A stretch of DNA of 64,000 nt, taken from positions 8,026,273 to 8,090,272 of the forward strand of contig JAUZTB010000072.1 of the NCBI GenBank assembly GCA_034780895.1, written 5' to 3'. The notes under the pieces are model-generated. The model was not told the DNA's origin. It ran no database searches and saw nothing but the letters and a program-made list of their open reading frames with translations. Source of the DNA: Rhynchobatus australiae. Its lineage: Eukaryota. Below, piece by piece: positions 49,511-63,662 of the stretch. Within the stretch, counting starts at the first letter, position 1; the number at the start of each line of letters is the position of its first letter. Position numbers and translations under genes: made by a program.

Positions 49511-51174
49511 ATTACTTTGGATTGCTGGAACTGCAGAGAGTTTGTTCAAGTTAACTGTTCCTTTCCATTTTAAGCATGATTAAAATGGCTGTGCATTTGA
49601 CACAAAGTCAGCTCTGAAGTGGGAATTAAAAGGGATTCCCAGTTCTGATGCTGAAGGTTCAGTATCACACAGTCCCATCAAGCCTTAGCTGATTTAAAAA
49701 CAAATTTGCCAGAACAATCTTAAGCATATAACAGTTATTCAAAGTTTTTATGTAATCTGATTTAATCTTGTTTTGCTTTAGATTCATGGTTTCAAAGTAT
49801 TTAACAAAACTGAGTAAACAATTGTTGGGTTTGAGCTTTTTAAATAATGTATTAATGCTTAATCTCAGTGGTTCAGCAGTTGAAGAGAGATTGAATGTAC
49901 TTTGTTCAAGATTTCATTACTGTATTTGCTTCAAAATCAAATATTTAATGTATATTTTAGTGATGTGACTTGTATATATTGTCAAATGTCTAGTTTTGTA
50001 TTTATTACACTTTCCTGTAACATTTAATTTGCCTTCATTAATTCATGTTAGAATTTATTCAATCCTCAGTCATTTCCATGAGCCCATACATTTAGTGCTT
50101 TTAAATATACTGTGCAGTACTGCATGCATTAGGAGAAGTGAAATAGCTTTTTCCTTTATTTCTTCCCCTCCCTTCTTTAAAGGTTTTTGATTGCTGGTCA
50201 CTGCCCTTGTAATGACTTTGCATACTGTCCACCTTAATAGTAAGTATTAGCAGGCTATTTTCGAGAGAAAACATGGAGACTAATCCCAGTCCTGTTATTT
50301 TTCACGTACATGTTCATAGAAATGAGTCCCAGCCAATACTCAGAGCTAATTGCCTGACTAATTTATCATTCTCTTAATCAAAGAAACATGAGGCCAATTA
50401 TAGAATTCTTGCTCAGCAATGATTATTACTTTCATAGAACATAAGAAGTTTGGTCACTGNNNNNNNNNNNNNNNNNNNNNNNNNNNNNNNNNNNNNNNNN
50501 NNNNNNNNNNNNNNNNNNNNNNNNNNNNNNNNNNNNNNNNNNNNNNNNNNNNNNNNNNNTAAGCAGTTTGGTCACTGGATAAGCTGGCTTTGCTACTCAT
50601 GGGGAGAATTGGCCAATTCCCAGGCCTGTACCCCTGTGCAGACCTTGGATGGGAAATGCAAAACAACATTACCCTTTTTTGTTTTCTCATATCTTTAAGT
50701 TTAAAAAAAACTTCAAATCACTCAAGGAAATTGCGAAAAGATAAGACTATGAGAATACCTAACTGTGAGAAGCTGAATGACCAACTCCTGTACTGTGTCT
50801 CGCAAATTTGCAATTAAACTAAACTTTACATCCAGCAGGGTAAAAAGGATACAGATTTGCACTTTAGTTGTGCAAAATACTTTGAAATGTATTTCCATGT
50901 GTTTGAGTCATGATCGTCAAGAGCCTAATCTCTGTATGACTAGACATGGGTGAATGATTACTTCCCCATTAAATGCTGGATTTCTTCCAGGTACTTATCA
51001 ATTCAGGAATGTTATCAGACAAAATTTAACTGAGCTCCAGTGCAAATACTGGAGTAAATCTGCAACCTGAAACATTAACTGTTTCCTCTTTCCATAGATG
51101 CTGCTTAATCTGCCGACAGTTTCCAGTATTTTGATTTTTTAATTTCAGATATTAGAGCAGATGGCCAATAGATT

Positions 51175-51600
51175 GATCAATAAGGTATGTTTTAAGGAAT
51201 TTCATGAAGAATAGATACTTCCAGAGGGTCATAGGGTTGGAGGAGATTATGCAGGTGTGGGGACATCAGGCTGTGGTGGTATTTTGAAAAGGATGAGAAT
51301 TGTAAAACCTCGAGCGTGCCTTAATTGGAAACTAGAATAGGCTCATTAGCGCACACTTCATGGGTGAATAGAACCTGATGCAAGTTAGCACACAAGCAGA
51401 GAAGTTTTCAGTGACCTCAAGTTTAGAGTTGATATTTGGATGGCAGCTAGGAATTCATTGGAATAGTTGACTCTTGCAATAATAAAGGTTTGAATGAGAT
51501 TTGGTCGATACCAAAGATGGAAATATGTAATCTTGGTGAATTAATAGTTTGAAACTCATCTTCACACTAAGATTATGACTGGTTTCAGACAATTGCCAAG
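51175..51600 (-). mobile_element. Old L2-type LINE fragment
   Basis: Minus strand ctcattcaaacctttattattgcaagagtcaactattccaat reads LIQTFIIARVNYSN (cf. LIHAFVTSRLDYSN). Confidence 0.6.
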
Positions 51601-53268
51601 AAGAGGAATGTCTTTGAATCGAGTTTGTTTTTAATTGGATTGCATTAAACTAATTGCTGTATGATTTTAAAAAATCACAATAACCCAGAGTAAATCAAAA
51701 TAGCATTCATTTCTGAATGAAATTGCACTTGTGGAGAAGTTAAATCATGTACTATGCATGATCCATTGCACCTGACAACTTCTCATTGTCAGATGTATGC
51801 CAATTAAATTGGAACTTCCAGCTGCAAACACTCTTCACTACTTATCCTCAGGATCATTACAGGTAGCCAATTTTGTGCAGTATTAGAGTTGTCATTGGAA
51901 CTCTACTCAAGATGGAGTGACCATGTATTTTAATTTCCATGAGAAGGAAGTGACTTTGTGTGTATGGGGGATTTGGCAGCAAAATCCAGGCCGCTGTCAA
52001 GTGCACTTGTGCTGAAGGATTCCCATGAAAAAATATTAAGCACTTTGTCTTATTCACTCAACATCCAAGTTGCACTTAAGTTTTGTCAGTCATCTCATGG
52101 TCAGTGTCATGTTTCTTTGAAAGTCAAATAACTCCATTCTTAGTGAGATTTTCTCTGCTAGACATATTTATCAGACAACAGTGTCTTGTGGGCTGGATCT
52201 AGGGAATAGAGAGCTACTTAAAACACATGCTTCAGTGCAATAAGCCATGGCACTTTAGGGACAGCAGTGGAGAATCTCATTCCTCTATCTCCATCAGTCT
52301 GGAAATTTTATTACAGTATGCATCCAATGAGTCTGGTGACTTTGTAGCAGCTTTCCTAGATGCTCCAAACCAGCAAAAAGATATAACCCATGCTTTGGAA
52401 AACCTGAAACGAGACAACCAGAGGCCATAAGGAGAAGATTAGAAGGATGAGTGAAGGCAAGCCATTGACACAGGCTAAGGTAATTTCAATATCTTCAACA
52501 GCTGTATCATTGCTGAGAATATTCTGAAGGCACTGAAAGGTCATTGATTATTTCCCTTCACAAAATGTCATCCTCTCCACAATCCATCTCCACTGTCCTG
52601 CAAAATTCAGTACAAACACCCACCTGAGCATTGATGAGGCTTCAATTTGGTACATGTGTGTATGGCCAGCTATGGTATTTTAAACAGATTAAGGATCTTA
52701 ACATCAACATTTCACATACTCCTAACAGAAGTTGTCTGAACTACATTCACATAACAGCTTCTTCTGAGGAAAGCTACTCTGTTAATGCTGTCATTGGTGA
52801 AATATCTTTGGCTACTGAATCATATCTAGTGTATGCAACAGCCATTTGAGATGATGCAGCTGAGAGTAAGACATGGCAAACTATTCTGATGATAAAACTG
52901 CAGAGGTTAAATATTTGTATTGGAGGGTTAATACTTGAAACCAATGAAGTCCCTTCTCAATGAAAGAAATCTTGTCAGTTCATGAGATTTAATTGAAGTC
53001 ATTGAACCAATTGGAGAGCTTTAGAAGCAATTGACAATTAAAGATAGAGGCTCCTGAGTAGTATGATCATATTTCGATCTTTACACCAATTCAATTTTTG
53101 ATCATTCATTCTGCGCACAATTCCTGGTTGAGAAGTCAGTCTACAGTGTCACCACCTGGTCTTTTCATTCAGTTGTGGACAGATTGCATATATTATGTAG
53201 CACAATGGATGGACAGAATTAAGTCAACCTAGTTCACATCCTTCAGCCTACCTTGGGAGTCCCTCCTC

Positions 53269-54184
53269 TTGTTGAACACAGGCGCACCTCAAGGGTGCGT
53301 GCTTAGTCCACTGTTCTACTCTCTTGACACTCATGACTGTGTGGCCAAGCACAGCTCAAGTGCCATCTATAAATTTGCCAATGACCCAACTGTTTTTGAT
53401 CAAATCTCAGATGATAGCACGGAGACGTATAGGAACAAGATAGATTGGCCAGTTGAATGGTGTCGCAACAACAACCTTGCACTCAATGTCAGCAAGACCA
53501 AGGAATTGACTTTAGGAAGGGGAAGCTGGGAGAATGCACACCAGTCCTTGTTGAGGGGTCAGCGGTGAAAAGGGTGAGCAGCTTCAAGTTCTTAGGCATC
53601 AATATCTCAGAGGATCTATCTTGGGCCCAACACATTGATGCAATCACGAACAAGGTATGCCAGAGGCTCTACTTCATTAAGAGTTTGAGGAGATCTGGTA
53701 TGTCACCAAAGACTCTTGCAAATTCTTATAGATGTACAGTAGAGAGCATTCTGACTGGTTGCATCACAGCCTGGTATGGAGGCTCCAATGCACAGTATTG
53801 TAAGAGGCTGCAGAGGGTTGTAGACTCAGCTAGCTCCATCACAGACAACTCTCCCCACCATTGAGGACATCTTCAAGAGGCAGTGCCTCAAGAAGGTAGC
53901 ATCCATCACTAAGGATCCTCACCATCTGGGTCATGCGCTTTTCTCATCACTACTATTGGAGGAGGCACTGGAACCTGAAGACCCACACTCACCAATTTAG
54001 GAACAGCTTCTCCCCCTCTGCCATCAGATTTCTGAACAGTCCATGAACACTACCTCATTATTCCTTTTTTTTTGCACTTTATTTATTTGTAATTTATATA
54101 TCTTTGCACTGTACTGTTGCTGTAAAAACAACAAATTTAATGACATATAAGTCAGTGATAATAAACCTGATTCTGATCCTGATT
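53269..54184 (+). mobile_element. 5'-truncated Rex1/Babar-like LINE (RT C-terminal half, 3' UTR, (TTCTGA)n-like tail)
   Basis: TGAPQGCVLSPL..THDCVAKHSS..YKFAND..WCRNNNLALNVSKTKEL, FKFLGINISEDLSW..CTVESILTGCITAWYG; tail gataataaacctgattctgatcctga. Confidence 0.92.
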
Positions 54185-55009
54185 ACAATGGCAAGTTTCA
54201 TGCAAAACCAGGTCTTGCAAGACATGCTCTTTCACCTCCTCCCTTCTCACTATACCCATGAAAAAGTTATTTAGTTGTACTTTCAATTTATCGATATACT
54301 AGATCACTGATCACAATGTGGTCTCTACAGTAGAAAGACCAAATGCAGATTGGGTGTTTTCTTTACTTACATATTTCAATCAATTGACGAGTCAGATTGA
54401 GTTTGAGTCCTTCTTGCCATTTCAATTTTCTATCAAATTCCCATTCTGAAATCTCTCCTTTTGGCCTCCCAAAGCTGTTCAGAATGCAGTGGATGTTCAC
54501 ATGGAATGTCCCATGCCCCCTATAATTTGATCAAACTTCTGGGATCATCAATTTTGACAACTTCAAATCATACCCATTACTCCTGTTCAGTTTTTCACTT
54601 AAGGTTGTCATTTACACTTCCTTTTCACCCATTTTGTACCTAATTGGCTCACACCATTTCATGGCTTTTCTCTTTCCCTGCCTCTTTACTTGCATGAAGC
54701 CTGTTAACTTTCCAGTTCTAATTAAAGGCCCACTTAAGCAGCAACTCTGTTTCTATCCATGAATGCTGTTTGCACTGCTAAGTCTTTACAGCTTTTCAGT
54801 ATGCATTTCATATGCCCAGCATCTGAAGTATTTTGCCATCATCCTGCTGTCTTTAATCTTAATTTAAAAATGAAGGTTATTGCTGTTATTTTACTTTTTG
54901 GATAGTGTCCAAAATGAGGGGTCATCAGTTTTATTGTCGCCAGACCTATTTAAAAATGGCAGCCAATGACTCCAATTTACAACAATGACTCCATTTCTCA
55001 ACCTTTATT

Positions 55010-56335
55010 TCCTGTAATTGCATAGATTTCCTTCTTTACTAACATCACCCCACCCCCTTTCCCTTTTTGCCTGGTCCTCCTAAATATTGAATACCCCTGG
55101 ATGTTCAGTTCTTATCCTTGGTGACCACAAAGCCATGTCTCCATGTGCTGTTATTTCATCTACTTTATTGCAAGATCTCCTCACATTGAAGCACGATGCC
55201 TTTAGATCTGTCTTTTTAACATGATTAGACCTTTTTACTATAATTACATTGGTCTATCTGCTTCTCCCCGTTGTATACTGTCTTCCATTTTTGCTTCATA
55301 GTTTTTAGCTTTCATATGAGTTGTCATTTCCCCTTCCTCAGTTTCCCCACTCCCCCACCATTCTACTTTAGACCCTCGTGGGTAGCACTAACAAGCATCA
55401 TGCTCCCCTCCCCACTTCTACCTTCTATGGGCATTTGTGTCAGTCATTCCCAGATATAATGTTCAGTGTGAACAAGTCCCCTTCCCCCAGAACTGATTCC
55501 AATGTCCTAGGAATCTGAATTGCTCTCCACTTTACCATCCCTCCATATAGCTTTCTATTTCTACTCTTGCTAGCATGTTACTGAGTAACAAAAAAACAAA
55601 CTGCTAGAGGAACACAGTGGGTCTGGCAGCATCTGTAGAAGCAAAAGGATGATCAATGTTTAAGGCTGAGACCCTACATCAGGACTAATTTCACTGTGAG
55701 AGGCCTTTGGATCACTACTTTTGAGGTCCTACATTTTAATTAGCCTTCCAATTCCCAACATTCTGTTTACTGGACCTTATTCCTGTTTTTCTCTATACCA
55801 CAACAACCACGCTCCCTCTCCAGAATGTCCTGCAGCTGCTCTGAGTCATCCTTGTCCTGAATACCAGGGAGGCAATTTACCTTCCTGGAATGTCCTTTCC
55901 AGCCACAGAAACATCTGTATGTTCCTGTTATGATTGAATCCCCAGTCATTGTAGTCTTCCCTCTATTTTTCATCTGTCAGTGTGCAGTAGAGCTACCCGT
56001 AGTGCAAAAAACACAAGGCTTCTTCCCGATTGGTACCAAAGCGATATATGTGTTAAAAAGGGGGGTGACCTCAGGGCATTCCTGTACACCTGCCTTCCTC
56101 TGCTCTACCTGGTAGTTGCCCGTTCCCTCTCCGCCTATGCATTCTTTACCAGTTGTGTGCAAACCTCACTAAATGTGCTGTCCATCCTCATCTCAACGTC
56201 ATGGATAGTTCACAGTGAATCCATTCACAACTCCAGCTCCATAATGTGGTTAACCAGGAACTGCAGCTCGATGCACTTCTTGCCCATATGGTCACCAGTG
56301 GCATTGGCAGTGTCCTTGATTTCCCACATTGCTCC
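55010..56335 (-). mobile_element. 5' part of a CR1 LINE (ORF1 with esterase domain, start of endonuclease), interrupted by a short repeat at ~55588-55690
   Basis: GDSIITGTYRCFCG..SRKVNCLPG...SEQLQDILE (esterase), ELNIQGY (endonuclease) and an N-terminal MWEIKD..KKCIELQ segment. Confidence 0.82.
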
Positions 56336-57789
56336 TTTCTTTTCAATGTAAACAAGTTCAACAAGCTGTGGTTGAGAAATACTGAGGATATTGATAGATA
56401 AGCTTACAATGCAGTGGGACCTTTACTCCATAATTGGAAAAAAGTTAGTCTCATTCCTTCATTTTCCCTCTTCACATTCAATATTATTTGAATAATAATT
56501 GTAAAAATCATAAATCTGAAATGGAAAATAAATTTGGATACGTACTCAGAGCAGACAGTGTCTTGGCTGGGTTTCTAACATAACAATTAGGTCTTCACAA
56601 AAACATGTCTCTTTAAGATACTGGTAGGCCAGCCATATGTATTACAAGTACTTTATAATTTTAATATAAATGCTGTCAGAGAACATAAGTGGATTCTGAT
56701 TTGCTTCTACAGAAATTTGCCTGTTTGATGCTATGTTAATAGAAGATGCATTTGTTAGGGAATGAGAGCAAAGTGTTAGTTACACTCTACTGGTCTCACC
56801 CTTCTTACATTTCAAGAGCCCTCAGGAAAGTCTGTCAGGAAGTTACTGGAGTGATTAAAATACAAATTGTATGCACTGTATTATTTAAGAAAGGTAGAAG
56901 GGTATGTCCGAATTATAATGCAGTAACACAATCCAAGGTTTCAAGTAACATAATCTGCTAAGTCAAGTCTTTTGTAATTAGTGGAGCTTGCACTGCTTCC
57001 TTGTTCAGCCTCAAATTTACAGTGCTGGGGTTTTTTTTGCACAATTTCTTCCCTCTGATTCTGATGCTTAGTAGCAGTTATACAGTTCTGACATCCTATT
57101 CCAATGACAACTTTTTAACTACTGGCCCCAATTATTAAGCGTCATGCTTACAATGAGCTCAGTCAGTATGTCAGATTGAACAATTGATACTAGTATTCCT
57201 ACATGCCATTCTTGTACATTTGATGGACAGTGTTTTAAACCATCTGTCAGTTTGTTAACACCTCAGTGTGAAAGATGAGTTTTATTTCCCACATATTAGA
57301 GATTGTGAAGTATTAATAGATCAGCACAGCACACATGTTGGACATTACTTTCCCATTATTTTCTTTAGTCCATTAAGATGAGGCTTGTTTGTTTAAAAAT
57401 AAGACGATAACTTTTGGGTTTGTTGGCAAAGAAATTTTTTTTATTAGAACAAATGTTTCTAACATGTTTTAATCTCAGAAAATACTGCTCAAATGAATAN
57501 NNNNNNNNNNNNNNNNNNNNNNNNNNNNNNNNNNNNNNNNNNNNNNNNNNNNNNNNNNNNNNNNNNNNNNNNNNNNNNNNNNNNNNNNNNNNNNNNNNNC
57601 GAACTTGTTACCTTTGTCTTTTATTCTGACAGGAACATATAGATGCTGTGTTTTAAATATTTCACTCTTGAAAAGAATTAAAACAGTAGCATTTCATCAA
57701 TTAGATTACAAGTAATCTGAAATTGCATCTGTGCCTATTCATGGAGACGAGTCAGTCGTTCCTTGAGACTATAGATTATCAACTATGTC

Positions 57790-59030
57790 TTGTGAAAGGA
57801 TGTAATTTGCAATGAAATGAAGCAATGGAGTAAAGGTTGTGAACTCAGCACCCTGCAACTACAATGCAGTGCTGGTGGATGGTTAGAATCTTCAGGTTGA
57901 TGAATGGAGTGCCAGTCGATTGGGCTGTCTTGTCCTGACTGATGTGCTGCTTGAGTGATTTTTGGACCTGCAGTCATGCAGGAAATCGGGGAGTACCCCA
58001 TCATGCTCCTGACCTATACCTTGTAGATAGAGAGATTAAAGGTTCTGAGGAGTCAAAACAGGAGTCTCTCACTGCAGAATAACCAGCCTCTGCTCAGCTC
58101 CTGTAACCGCAGTATTTATGTTATTAATCCAGTAACTCTCTGGTCACCACCACTACCAAAAGATGGAGAATTAAATGATGTTAATGTAATTTATTGTCAA
58201 GAGAGTGGTTGGCCCAAGGACACTGCCCTGAAGAACTCCTGCAGACTTGTCTTGAAGCTGATATGATTTCCTTTACTTGAGGCGTGACTTGAGTCAGCAT
58301 GTTTTCTTTGATTCTCATAGGCTTACATTTTATCAGGGCTCCTTAAATGCCACAATCAGTCAAATGTTATCTCGATGTCAAGGACAATCACTTTCACTGC
58401 ACCTCTGGAAATCAACCTTTATCAATGAGGTCTGGAGCTGAGTGGTCTTTGTGAAACCTGAAGTGAGCAGCAGTGAGCGGGTTTTAGTGAGTAAGTGGTG
58501 CTTGATACCTTCCATCACTTGCTGATGGNNNNNNNNNNNNNNNNNNNNNNNNNNNNNNNNNNNNNNNNNNNNNNNNNNNNNNNNNNNNNNNNNNNNNNNN
58601 NNNNNNNNNNNNNNNNNNNNNNNNNNNNGGCAGATGTGAGTGTTTATCTGTGCTGGGACTGATTGGCTGGAGGTGCAGATATTTCTGAAATGCAGGTTTT
58701 TAGTATGACTGCCTGGATGTTGGCTGCTCTGGAACTGCAGCCTTTAACAAATGCAATCCCCACAATAGTTTTTAATATGAGAAGAGGTTAATCAAATTAG
58801 CTGAAGAATGGCTTCAATGATGGTGAAGACTGCAGTATGAGACTGAGGTGAATGTTCTCAGCATTTCTGGCTGAAAATGGTTATACATGCGTCAACTTTG
58901 CCTTTGGCACACATGAGCTCAGTCCTGCATTCATTGTTTTTGGACCCTCTTTTTCTTGTTAACTGTTTAATTGCCCATCAGCATTTATGACAGAATGGGG
59001 CAGAATTATAGAGTTTTGACTTGTTGATTG
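57790..59030 (-). mobile_element. Decayed CR1-group (L2/Crack-like) LINE RT region
   Basis: Minus strand gives AGVLQGSVLGP (~58210-58245), LDIEITFD, MGYSPISCMTAGP (cf. MEYSPLAWMSAAP) and IFSQKC. Confidence 0.7.
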
Positions 59031-59034
59031 TTGA

Positions 59035-59230
59035 ATCACACAGCGTCCTCTTCCTGAAGTCCACAGTCAGTTCCTTGGTCTTGCTGGTTGTTGCGACACC
59101 ATTCAACCAGCCAATTGATCTCACTCCCGTACGCCTCCTTGTCACCATCTGAGATTCTGTTAACAACAGTGGTGTCATCAGCGAATTTAACGGTGATGTT
59201 TGAGCTGCGCCTAACCACACAGTCATGGCA
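59035..59230 (-). mobile_element. Rex1/Babar-like RT fragment
   Basis: HDCVVRRSSNITVKFADDTTVVNRISDGDKEAYGSEINWLVEWCRNN. Confidence 0.85.
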
Positions 59231-60054
59231 GTAGGCAAATTGCTCCAGGTCCTTGCTCAGGCAGGAGTTAATATGGGGGAGTTCTCCCAGTTTACATACC
59301 ACTCCCTTGATAATCATGAGGTAGACCTTACAAGGTTGGCTCGGATGGGAGCAACACAGCTATGTCCCATTTCCGCATCTAAGTCAGGGCTGACTAATCC
59401 ATCCTAGTTTATTTAAATGTGGTGGTTTAACACAGCTGAGTGGATTGTTGGTTCTTAAATGACAACCACATTGCTTTGTTCAAAGCTGATTAACTTGTTT
59501 TGATGTGTCATGTGGTTTGGTTTTCATACCATAATGGCTAATTTTCTAGGTTGCCCTTTATATGTATCCCTAAAAGATCAGTCCAAATTCTCTGTGAATG
59601 AATTATGCACAAGCATTAAATGGAGATAAGTTCAGTTTGGGTGTCCAACGGGCACCACGTGAACAATTGACAGATAATTCAATCCTTTCCATTGAAATTA
59701 AACCAGAAGGACAGCTTAATTGTGAGGAATGTATCCTCATTAAACATCTTAAATTGCTAATCTTCCTTGTGGCTGTGAATTAGTCACATGTAGCCCAGTC
59801 AGTCTTTGTTAAAACCACTGGGGTTAGAATTGGGTTTGGGAATTCCTGCCCGATACCAAGCTACCCACTTTAACTACTTCCTTGATGTTTCATTCCAGTT
59901 GTTTATATATCATTCTCCAGAATTAGCACATTTACTTTGTAGTCTCCATCGGTACTTACAGGAAATGCCATTTCAATAGTTGTTTAACTGAATAAACTTG
60001 CTTTGTTGTCATTACAATCTGATCCTCGTTGTTATGATTCCTATCAGTTCCTAA

Positions 60055-60770
60055 TAAAAAATAGAAGCTGGAGTAGGCCTTTCAGCCCCTCTTGCCAGCT
60101 CCACTATTCAATGATCTTGGATGATCTTTTACCTCTGTGCCACTTTCCTAAACAAAACCACTTTCCTGCACAAAACCCCTTTCCTGCACTTGACTCCCTT
60201 GGTATCTAAAAAATCTACTGATTTTTTTTCTTGAATATACTCAATGACTGAACCTCCACAGCCCCCTTCAGTAGAGACTTCCAAACACTTACTATCCTCT
60301 GTATGAAGAATCTTCTTTTCATCCCTCTCCCAAACAGCCAAGCCCTCATTTTGACATGATGACTCATGGTTCTGGACACCACTTGGGGAAGCATCTACCC
60401 TGTTAAACCCTGTGGGGAAAATTTATGTACATTTCATGTTTAATTCTTCTGAACATGAGACAGGATATGCCCAGTCTAACTTCTCCTATGCAAATAACCT
60501 GCTCTCCCAGGATTAACTCTGATGAATTTTGGCTGCATTCCACCAATTGCATGTACATCCTTCCTTATTCAGGAGACCAGACATGTACTCGATATTCCAA
60601 GTGTAGTCTCACCAGGGCCCTGTATAATTGGAGCGACACAAGTCTACTTTTGTACTCAAATCATTGTGGAATAAAGGTCAACCTACCAGGTGCCTTCCTG
60701 ATTTCTTGGACCTGCATTTTTCAGAGATGTGAATGCAAGAACACCCAGGTCCCTTGGAACACTTTTCATG
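60055..60770 (-). mobile_element. CR1 3' fragment
   Basis: atagaagctggagtaggcctttcagccc tail; ggagaccagacatgtactcgatattccaagtgtagtctcaccagggc corresponds to LVRLHLEY..WSP. Confidence 0.75.
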
Positions 60771-61393
60771 GCTCAGCATTTGAAAAACAGAACAATGAAG
60801 CCTAGGAGATGATTTGGACCATCTTACCTGCCCTGACTCTTTCAAATCAGTCCAAATTTTCTGCAAATCTTTGTTTTAAAATTATTGTTGAATCTGCTCC
60901 TATTGGCTTTGGACAGTTACCTTTAGATTTGCCCTCTGGCTAATTTAATTGGCTGTTATTTAATTATATGTCATTTAGTATTGTTATTTAATAACTTAAC
61001 TATGCTTTTCCAGTTCTGATAAAAGGTCATCAAGCTGAAAAGTCAACTCATTTTCTATCTTCATAAATACTGCCTGATCTTGTGAATATCCCAACTTTTT
61101 TTGTCTTATTTCAGGCATGAGGGACCATTTATGTTGATAGAATTGAAAAACTGGGATTATTATTCTTGCAAAAGGAAATGTTGAGAGACGATTTGATGAG
61201 CTGTCCAAAATCATAATGACCAAAGACAAAGTAAATAAGATATTGTTCCCAATGGAAGAGGGGTCAAGAATCAGAGGAGACAGACTAAAAGTGATTGGCT
61301 AAAAATAACAAAGTCAGATGAAGAGAATTGTTTTAGTACAAGTAGTGGTATTCCTGATCAAATGGGTGTTGTCTGAAATTGTGGAATCAGATT

Positions 61394-61530
61394 GTCAAAG
61401 TCAAGTTTATTGTCATCTGCACAAGTACATGTATGCACAGGTGCAATGAAAAGCTTACAGCAGCATCACAGGCACATAGCATCAGATAAGCAGCATTCAC
61501 AAGAAAAACATAAATGTAAATTATACACAA
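61394..61530 (-). mobile_element. 3' tail of the Rex-like family seen at 13705
   Basis: gtcaaagtcaagtttattgtcatctgcacaagtacatgtatgcacaggtgcaatg is the reverse complement of ~13918-13972. Confidence 0.75.
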
Positions 61531-63304
61531 TGTTTCCAAAAAATCACTTTCCACAAGGAAGTACATGGAAGAAAACTACAGAGCCTCAGGAATTGCACTT
61601 GGAATTGGAACTGACTGCATTCCTCTGGCAGTGAGCAGCACCAGCTGAAATGGCCTCTTCCTATTCCACAAAACCTGAAGTAGATTATGGTCATTGGCAC
61701 ACTGCTTTTTGTGAGACTGTTCTCTGCATGAATTACCTGTTCTGTTTCATAAGTGGCTGTAAAGTACATTCAGAGACCACCAGGTCATGAAAGGCACTAT
61801 ATAAATGCAAATCTTATGACAGAGTGCATCTAAATAGCCTAAAATTATAGCAAGCTACTATCTTTATGTCTGTTTCACTAACATAATCTTCTGGTGCACC
61901 TGTGTTATATCATTAACAAAATCATGACTCTATTCATTGATGACATTCCTTGCCAGCTTTCATCTGAATGCCTTATGTTCCTAATCTGTTTACTCTTGCA
62001 GCATACAACCCCACACCAGTATGTTGCATCATTTCATGTGCAGGTATTCCTGCAGAGAAAAGCAATCACTCTTTCATTTGATATGAAAGAGTCAGTGCAT
62101 ACTGTGGTCTTTATTCATAAAGGGCAGTTACCCTCCAAGTAACTCTTGGGAAACTGCCTGTATCAAACAGGCATAGAGTTTAGATACAGCTTTTTTCTTG
62201 TATATAATTTATGAAGTTTATATGCATAAGTGACAAGGTGATTTGATGACAATGTTCTCATGAGTAAACTAGGTTCCAATCTTGCCTAACTAACTACATT
62301 AGCCATAATAAATATGAATGGAGTTCTGGAAGTGTTTGCATATTGGATGCCCTAAAATCAGGCCACAAAAGCTTGAAAGTATCTGCCTGTAATTTGCTTC
62401 CAACCTGAGAATGCTGACACAATATCAGGAGTAATTGATGATATACATTACTTCAACTCCCAACGCCCTTTCGTTAACACTACTGCTCCTACAACTATCT
62501 GAATTGCAACTTCAAGTCTGTGTTGGTCGTTGTTGGCAAGACCACCATTTGTTGTCAGCTTTTCTCTTGAAAAGGTGGTGTCAGGTGGTTTTCCTGAACC
62601 ACTGCTATTGATGCTACATTGGTATCCTCTCATTACTTAAAGGTAGGGAGTTCCTGGATCCTCTTTGATCAGTGAAAGAACAACAATAAACACCCACGTC
62701 AGCAATATGTGTGTGACCCAGACACTGGTTTGGGAAGTGCCATGAATAATATATAACGTATGCACAATCTACATTGACACTGCAGTACAATTAGAGGTGT
62801 TATCTGATCCTTTGGATGGTAATCCTGACATTCTGCTGGTCCATGGTTGAACATCTCTGATTTCTTGTTCTGAATAGTCATTCGGATGAGTCATGAGAGA
62901 GCTGCTGGTCAGTGTGCAATCATCCCCCAATGTCAGTGACCAGGCACCACCAGGGGATGAAGAATCAGTCAAAGGCACAAGGAGAAATGTTTAATTACTG
63001 TTTTGTATAACTTACGCATCACAAATCTATGATGCACAACAATATTCAGTAAGAAATTGCTATGGCAATTTTTAAAACTTATAAATCACTCTCGTAAGGC
63101 TTTTATTCAAAGAACAGGTAATTCATCACCATTTGGGTCAAAATGAACTCTGATCAAGATTGAGTACAAAGTGGAGAAAGTAATTTAAAACCAGACTCCT
63201 GCCGTGGCCGGCTCATTGAGAATAATCTGGAGACAAACATTGGTACATGTTGTACAATTATCAGTTTAAAAGAACAGAGTCAATTTTGGTTTGCCTTGAG
63301 TTTA

Positions 63305-63662
63305 ATAGTAGTATTCTTGCCCATAAGTTAGGAATTGTAGATTGAAATCCTCCTCCAGAAACTACAGGTCTTTNNNNNNNNNNNNNNNNNNNNNNNNNNN
63401 NNNNNNNNNNNGGATGTAAGAAATCTCATGATGTTATTTTGAATAACTGCAGAGACGTTTCCTCCTGTGATCTGGCCAGTAATTATCACTCAGTGAAAGC
63501 CACTAAAACAGATTATCACATTGCTGTATATGGGATCTTGTGTGCAAATTGACTGTCAGATTCCAACATTTTCATAGTTACTACAATTATGATGTACTTA
63601 GTTGTTTGTAAAATGTTCCAGGTTCTCTGTTTACGACAGGTTCTATACAAATACAGTTCCTT
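63305..63662 (+). mobile_element. Degraded DeuSINE (SacSINE1/AmnSINE-like)
   Basis: ggatgtaagaaatctcatg...tttgaa...ctggccagtaattatcactca...cactaaaacagattatc...cacattgctgt..gggatcttg..tgtgcaaattg resembles the recalled Deu-domain and tail; a second 3' fragment is at ~61700-61815. Confidence 0.6.

Noticed and set aside
50443-50580. agtttggtcactg repeated on both sides of an N gap
   Set aside because: Most likely a contig-overlap artefact at the gap.
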